Below are positions 58,751-64,000 of a stretch of DNA of 64,000 nt, in pieces (position 1 is the stretch's first letter; every line of letters begins with the position of its first letter). The notes beneath the pieces are model-generated. The model was not told the DNA's origin. It searched no databases and saw only the letters and a program-made list of their open reading frames with translations. A program made the position numbers and the translations under genes. The DNA is from Camelus dromedarius. Taxonomy: Eukaryota. The stretch covers positions 19,282,001 to 19,346,000 of the forward strand of contig NC_087469.1 in assembly GCF_036321535.1 (NCBI RefSeq). The letters are read 5' to 3'.

Positions 58751-60739
58751 CCTGAGCCTGCCATGGGCCACAGGAGCACCAGGGGCCGGCTGCCCAGGCC
58801 AGGTGGGGTGCCCTGCTGCTTCTCTTCCCAACTGGGGCACAGGCCCCCCGAGTCGGGAGAAGCGTCACCCCTGCCCCGCCCGGAACGGCGCTGAGGGCGT
58901 GACCCGCCCTCCCCCTCCTGGGGTGGGGCTGCGGGTGTCGGGCAGCTGCGGAGCGGTGGCTCACAGGTGTGTGTGATTCCACGGACACGCCCACAGCACG
59001 CGGAAGCAAGCAGGAAACATGCACACACGGACACACACACAGGTGCCTGTTCTCCCTCCCGAGGGTCAATCTAGTAACACCCTGTTCAGAGAAGAAACTG
59101 ATCTGAGAACACTGGGCCAGATCCCCTGACTTCTGTCCACATCCTTGGGCCCGTCACTGCTGACCAGCCCCCCACCCCCCGCCCCCCTTGTGCCTGTGCT
59201 CTGTGTGCTGGCCCACACGGCCACAACTCCTGGTCTGAGTGCTGAGCTACACTGAGCCCGCCCCTGTTGGGGGGGACACTTCCAGACGAGATCAGGGTGA
59301 CCAGCGTCCCAGTCCGCCTGGGCTGGACGGGCCCCGGGCGCAGGGCTCCCAGTCCTAAAGCCAGGGCTGTTCTGGGCAAACCAGGCCGACTGGGAAACCT
59401 GGCCGCAGCCTTGATGGCACGGACGGGGCGGGCGTGACACACTGCGGAAGAGCCCAGCCGGGCCTGAGGGCTAGAATCCGCAGAGAGCCTCCTCCACATT
59501 CAAGACTCGCTGATTTTTTCATTTCTTTTTAAAGCTGTGGAAAGTGAGTCTCACGGGAATACGTTTGCTCGGAGTCAAGTGTAAGTGGCAGAGTTGAGCT
59601 GGAAACTCGGATCTCCGTGAGGACCATCAGGTCCCCCAGCTGCCCGAGCAGACACCACCGCACCGTCGGGGGCCTGCCGCGAGAGCTCAGAGACACGCAG
59701 GCCAGTGGACGTCACCTCAGCTGGTCAGCATCTCCCCCGCCCACCGCACTGTGGCCACGGCTCCTCTGAACCCGGCTGTAAATCCTGCCCAACTGTAAAC
59801 ACCCAGCCCCAGCCCCCGCCATCCCTTAGCGCTTTGACACTAATTGCTCCAGAGTGTGCGACTGGCAACACCTTATTAAAAGTGAAATATATCACACTGC
59901 CCGCTGGTCGCTGCGTTATAAAGATAAAGTGGCAAAGCTGGCAAAGGATTTGACAAAGGGGCTTCTAAATCGAAGCCTGTGAGAGGCGGTTCCTGGGACA
60001 CAGGCCGCGTCGGGGTGGGGCCGGAGTTTCCCTGGTCTGCCCCGAAGATTTCTCCACTGCTGCGGCTCCTCCTCAAAGATGAGCTTCCACGCAACGAGCC
60101 TTGGTGCCGAAGAGAGAGAAACGCGGCTGCTCTCAGAGCCGAGCGCGCAGCCCTGGCTGTCTGTCCTTCCAGGGCCTGAGCAGGCGGAGAGGAGGCTCAT
60201 CGGGGAGGGGGCGCTGGGTGGCGGGGGGCAGGGCAGGTGGTCTAGAGCGAGAGCCCAGAGCTCAGACCGAACACTGACGGCTTTCAGACAAGCGTGGGAC
60301 GACATGGAAACCCGCCAAGCCCAGAATTCCACAGTCAGAGCAAAGGCAAAGTGGACACCTGCCGACGCTCAGCCATCAGAGAGTCCGCCCTCCCCCAGCC
60401 TCGCCCAGGCCGCTCGCCGGGGCTCCGCTCTGCAGAGCAGACGCTGCGGTGACCTCACGCTACAGGAAGTGGGATTCGACCCTCCGATCCAAATGCCCAA
60501 ACACGCTTCCCAAACACCCTCAGATCCAAGGTCGCCTGGCAGTTCACGTGGCTTACAAGCGAAGAGCGTCTCTCACGTTTCTAACGGGCTGTGAAGAAGA
60601 CTCTGAGACAGAGGCCTCGTGCGGCCCGCAACGCCTGAAATATTTCCTTCACAGCAAAGAGTCAGCAGCCAGTCTCCCAGAACGGGGAAGTGAGAGAAAG
60701 CTCTGGCGGGGAGGGAAAGACAACGGGTGGCACAAACAT

Positions 60740-61019
60740 GCCCCCCGGAAAGTACTGCCCGCCTCCGCCTTGCACGCCGTGCGCGGGCGCTGAGGTCTGA
60801 CTCATCGGGTCCGCTGCGCGCGCTGGGAAGGGCCTCTGTCCTGGAGACGCCTCACTGCTGTCTCCGTCCCGCCGGCGCTGAGCCGCGGCCGCGTGGGGCA
60901 GACGGCCCCAGGGGCCGGCAGGTAACAAGGAGACGGAGGGGCGGAGGGAGCCTGTCGCCCTGCCTGTGTTGTTTCCGAGATACCAAATTGCCCGATCACG
61001 CTGACATTTCCGAGACCAA
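60740..61019. promoter_or_regulatory. CpG-island-like patch with AP-1 motif and GC box, cut by a gap
   Basis: About 26 CpG counted in 60761-60960; TGACTCA at 60798-60804; GGGGCGG at 60938-60944. Confidence 0.5.
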
Positions 61020-61199
61020 NNNNNNNNNNNNNNNNNNNNNNNNNNNNNNNNNNNNNNNNNNNNNNNNNNNNNNNNNNNNNNNNNNNNNNNNNNNNNNNNN
61101 NNNNNNNNNNNNNNNNNNNNNNNNNNNNNNNNNNNNNNNNNNNNNNNNNNNNNNNNNNNNNNNNNNNNNNNNNNNNNNNNNNNNNNNNNNNNNNNNNNN
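61020..61199. other. Assembly gap, 180 N
   Basis: Run of N. Confidence 0.99.
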
Positions 61200-63589
61200 A
61201 GGAGAGATGGATGGAGCTGGCGCAGCCGCACACGGGCAACAGGAACAGCATGGGCGCCAAGGCCAGGGCGGCGAGTCCTCCGCCATGTTGTGCAGCCTTA
61301 GAGAGGACGCTTGGCCTCACCAACCCCAGGGTTCCTTCTCTGGGAAGGTAAGAAAGTGACCTCACCTTTTATACGTCTGTTAAGAGCCTCACATCTGAGT
61401 AGAAAGAAATGTCTTTTGAGTGGGAAACTGTGCTGAAGACAGTGCCCTGCAGAGAAGGGGCAGGAAGCCCCTCTGGGCAGAGGTGACCGACCCTGACCGG
61501 GGACAGGGCATCCTCCCAGGGTAGCCGCTGCTTTTCTCGAGAGGCTGAGCTGTGGCCACAGGCAGAGCTCCTGCGAGTGTCATCAAACCAAAAGGGGGTC
61601 CACCCGCCGCGCAGTGAAGCCAGGCCACGGACGCGGGTCGCAGTGAAGGAAAGTGCAGTGGCCACTGCAGGCGCCAGGCAAGGAGCCCAGGCGACCAGCG
61701 CTCCGAACACGCGAACTCGCCCTGGGTTTCAGGGAGGCAGCTTTACAGGCCAGGTGAGGGAGGGGCCCCCGGCGTGAGGGACCAGCTGGTGCACAGTTCC
61801 CTGTCGGCTGACGGCCGCTGGGTTAACCGTATCCACCCTTAGGCGTCAGCAGGTCCGGGGGTAGGTGCTCCTGGTCACTAAGTAGTTGATTTCTTCCATT
61901 TGGCAGGCATTTGAGCACCTGTGAGACGACTCAGGAGGTACTGTTCTCCAGGGACTTCAGAGAGGCGCTGACGCAGAGGCTACGGAGGGGGCGCCTGTCC
62001 AGGGAGGCCCCGCAGGGTCCTGCTCGTTACACAGGGAGCCCAGGTGCGGGACGTTGGGACAAGGTTCAGGTTACAATTCAGCATCACCTCGACCCCCCAC
62101 CGTCCACGGGGACACAGCCACTCCCCCACCCCCGCCGCCCGGTCCCTCTGCTCTCCGCTGCTTCACCCACCTGCCCTGCGACCCCACTGCTTTCACCCAC
62201 ACCCACTTTCGCTGGCACCGTGGACTTGGCCCCGGCCACACACTGCCGACCTACTGCGTTTCTCATCCCCCTGGTGAACGTCTGCCCATGACGGACTTGA
62301 GCCACAACTGGTGTGAGCCGAGCCCCGAAGGAAGGGAACACGACCTCCCCTGGCTGCTTCGAGGAAGGACGGGTGCGCTAACTGCCGCCTCCCCACCCAC
62401 GAAGGCCGCGTGGAGCCCGTCCCCGGAGGCGCCGTGACCTGAGGCTGAATTCCTGCCTCAGCCGCCTTCCCCGCAGGGACCGACACCGCCCGCCAGCGCT
62501 GGCTTCCCCCCGGCGAGCCCGCCGGCCCGGGGGCTGCCGCCTGCCGACGGGAAGGCGGCACCAGGTCTCCCCTTGGGCTCAGGGCTGCTGTTTGCCCCAA
62601 ACACAGCAAGCGTCTTACCAGCATGAGCCGCCCATCTGGAAGCGCGGAGACAGTCAGGACCCTGTTAGCGTCCCCCTAACTCGGGCTCACCCCTCAAAGC
62701 CTCCAGCTCCCTCTGCGGCAGGAGGCGGCCTGTCTTTGCCTTTTCCTCCACAGCCCTGTCATCACGACCCCTCAGGAACCGTGTGGATGGGTCAGCAGGA
62801 TGTTTGGTTGAGTTTTGTTTTGTTTCAGCTGCATTTCTGGGAGAACTGGGTGGGAGGACAAGACTGGGAAGGGGACGGAGGACGGAGGCCGGAGGCCGGC
62901 AGAAGGCAGGAGGAGGTGGGGCCGGCCCTCCTCCAGCCACCGGACACGGCGGTTGCTGCAAGAGGCCACTAAGGGCGTTGTCTGAACCACAGAAGCAGAA
63001 AACCTTGACCCTGGCGCCCCAGGCAGAATAGTCACCGTTCAGTCGGCCTGTGCAAAAGCTACAGCCATCGCTCTGCGCTGGGGCGGGGCCGGCGACCCCG
63101 TCCTGTGCGCGTCTCCACCGCCGGCGTCCGCCTTCCCCAAGACCCGTCACGTCCTCCCACGGGGCCCCAGGCGCCCACCCCTCCCTCCACGCCCAGCAGG
63201 CTTCCGGCACTGACTTCTTGGTTCCTGCACTAGCATCCTTCTCCCACTCTCTATAAACTCGAGAATCTGGATTCAGAAAGTGGGCCCGCTTCTCCCATCC
63301 CTCCATAGGGTGGGGCTCGGGACAGAGAAGCCCTCCTCCTGCAGCCAGGCCAGCGGCTTGGAGGGCTGGAGGGACTGCCTGCCGCAGTGCGGACCGGGCA
63401 ACACGGGGATCAGAGAAGGCGTGGTGGGAAAGCCCGATGAGAGGATGACCTCCGGCCGAGGAGACGCGTCTTCAGAGGTGAAGACGCCAGCACTCACCCT
63501 GTGAAGCGGGGGTGGTGGAGACAGGCCAGAGCCGGTCAAACAGGGCCTCAAGGCCGGTCCGACGCCATCAAGCCCCGCTCTCCGAGTGC

Positions 63590-63760
63590 CCATTAGAATC
63601 ACAAAACATCAGAGCCGCCGGCACCTTACGGGTCCTCTAGTGCAAACTGCTTTTGTAAAGAAGACATTTGAGGCTGAGAACAGTCCAGTGACCCACCCAA
63701 GGTCACACAGCCGGTGCTGCGGTGAGAGAACAGAGGCTGGGGTCCGGACTTCGCAGCCCA
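63590..63760 (-). mobile_element. MIR/MIR3 SINE fragment, antisense
   Basis: TAGAATCACAAAACATCAGAGC...GAGGCTGAGAACAGTCCAGTGACCCACCCAAGGTCACACAGC. Confidence 0.8.
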
Positions 63761-63762
63761 TT

Positions 63763-63806
63763 GGCGGCCCCTCGGCGGCCCCTCGGCGGCCCCTCGGCGG
63801 CCCCAC
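63763..63806. repeat. 11-bp tandem repeat GGCGGCCCCTC x4
   Basis: Three perfect copies (63763, 63774, 63785) and a fourth, GGCGGCCCCAC, at 63796. Confidence 0.95.
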
Positions 63807-64000
63807 GCGGCTCACTCTTGGGGAACAGGAGGAGGATTCCTGACCCCCAGGAGTTCACTCCCTGATCACGGACAAGGTAAAAACGTGCTTAGAAGTGATC
63901 ATCAAGACAGTAAACCATTAAAATCCCAGATGAGCCACGGCCAATATCAAGGTCACCAGGGGAGGTTTCAAAGAATCTGAACATCCAACGTTGTGCCCTG

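Noticed and set aside
60662-61365. ORFs spanning the second N gap (and likewise 30564-30791 for the first)
   Set aside because: They are open only because N codons contain no stops.

Overview
Mammalian, non-coding, GC- and CpG-rich genomic DNA, most likely from a camelid (Camelus, Vicugna or Lama). The taxon call rests on a tRNA-Ala-derived Vic-1-type SINE at 17390-17517 and camelid-type L1 3' ends. I recognise no protein-coding gene, rRNA, functional tRNA or CRISPR array; the ORF track is what high GC content produces by chance. The window looks like a large intron or a gene desert in a GC-rich, possibly subtelomeric isochore. A large share is recognisable transposon fossil: L1 of several ages, L2, MIR, a possible L3/CR1, MLT1/MLT2 LTRs, an Arthur1-like hAT element and a MER82-like Tigger element. 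There is also a 29-bp minisatellite, several short tandem duplications and two N gaps. The most notable signals are (i) old AT-rich transposons locally converted to GC/CpG-rich sequence, consistent with GC-biased gene conversion; (ii) non-repetitive AT-rich islands dense in homeodomain/GATA motifs (candidate enhancers); (iii) several exon-shaped segments with strong splice signals but no recognisable protein; and (iv) recent retro-insertions with intact target-site duplications (TSDs). I found no convincing evidence of a new biological system. Repeat family names come from my recall of consensus sequences and need RepeatMasker/Dfam confirmation. Repeat boundaries not fixed by a TSD are approximate.
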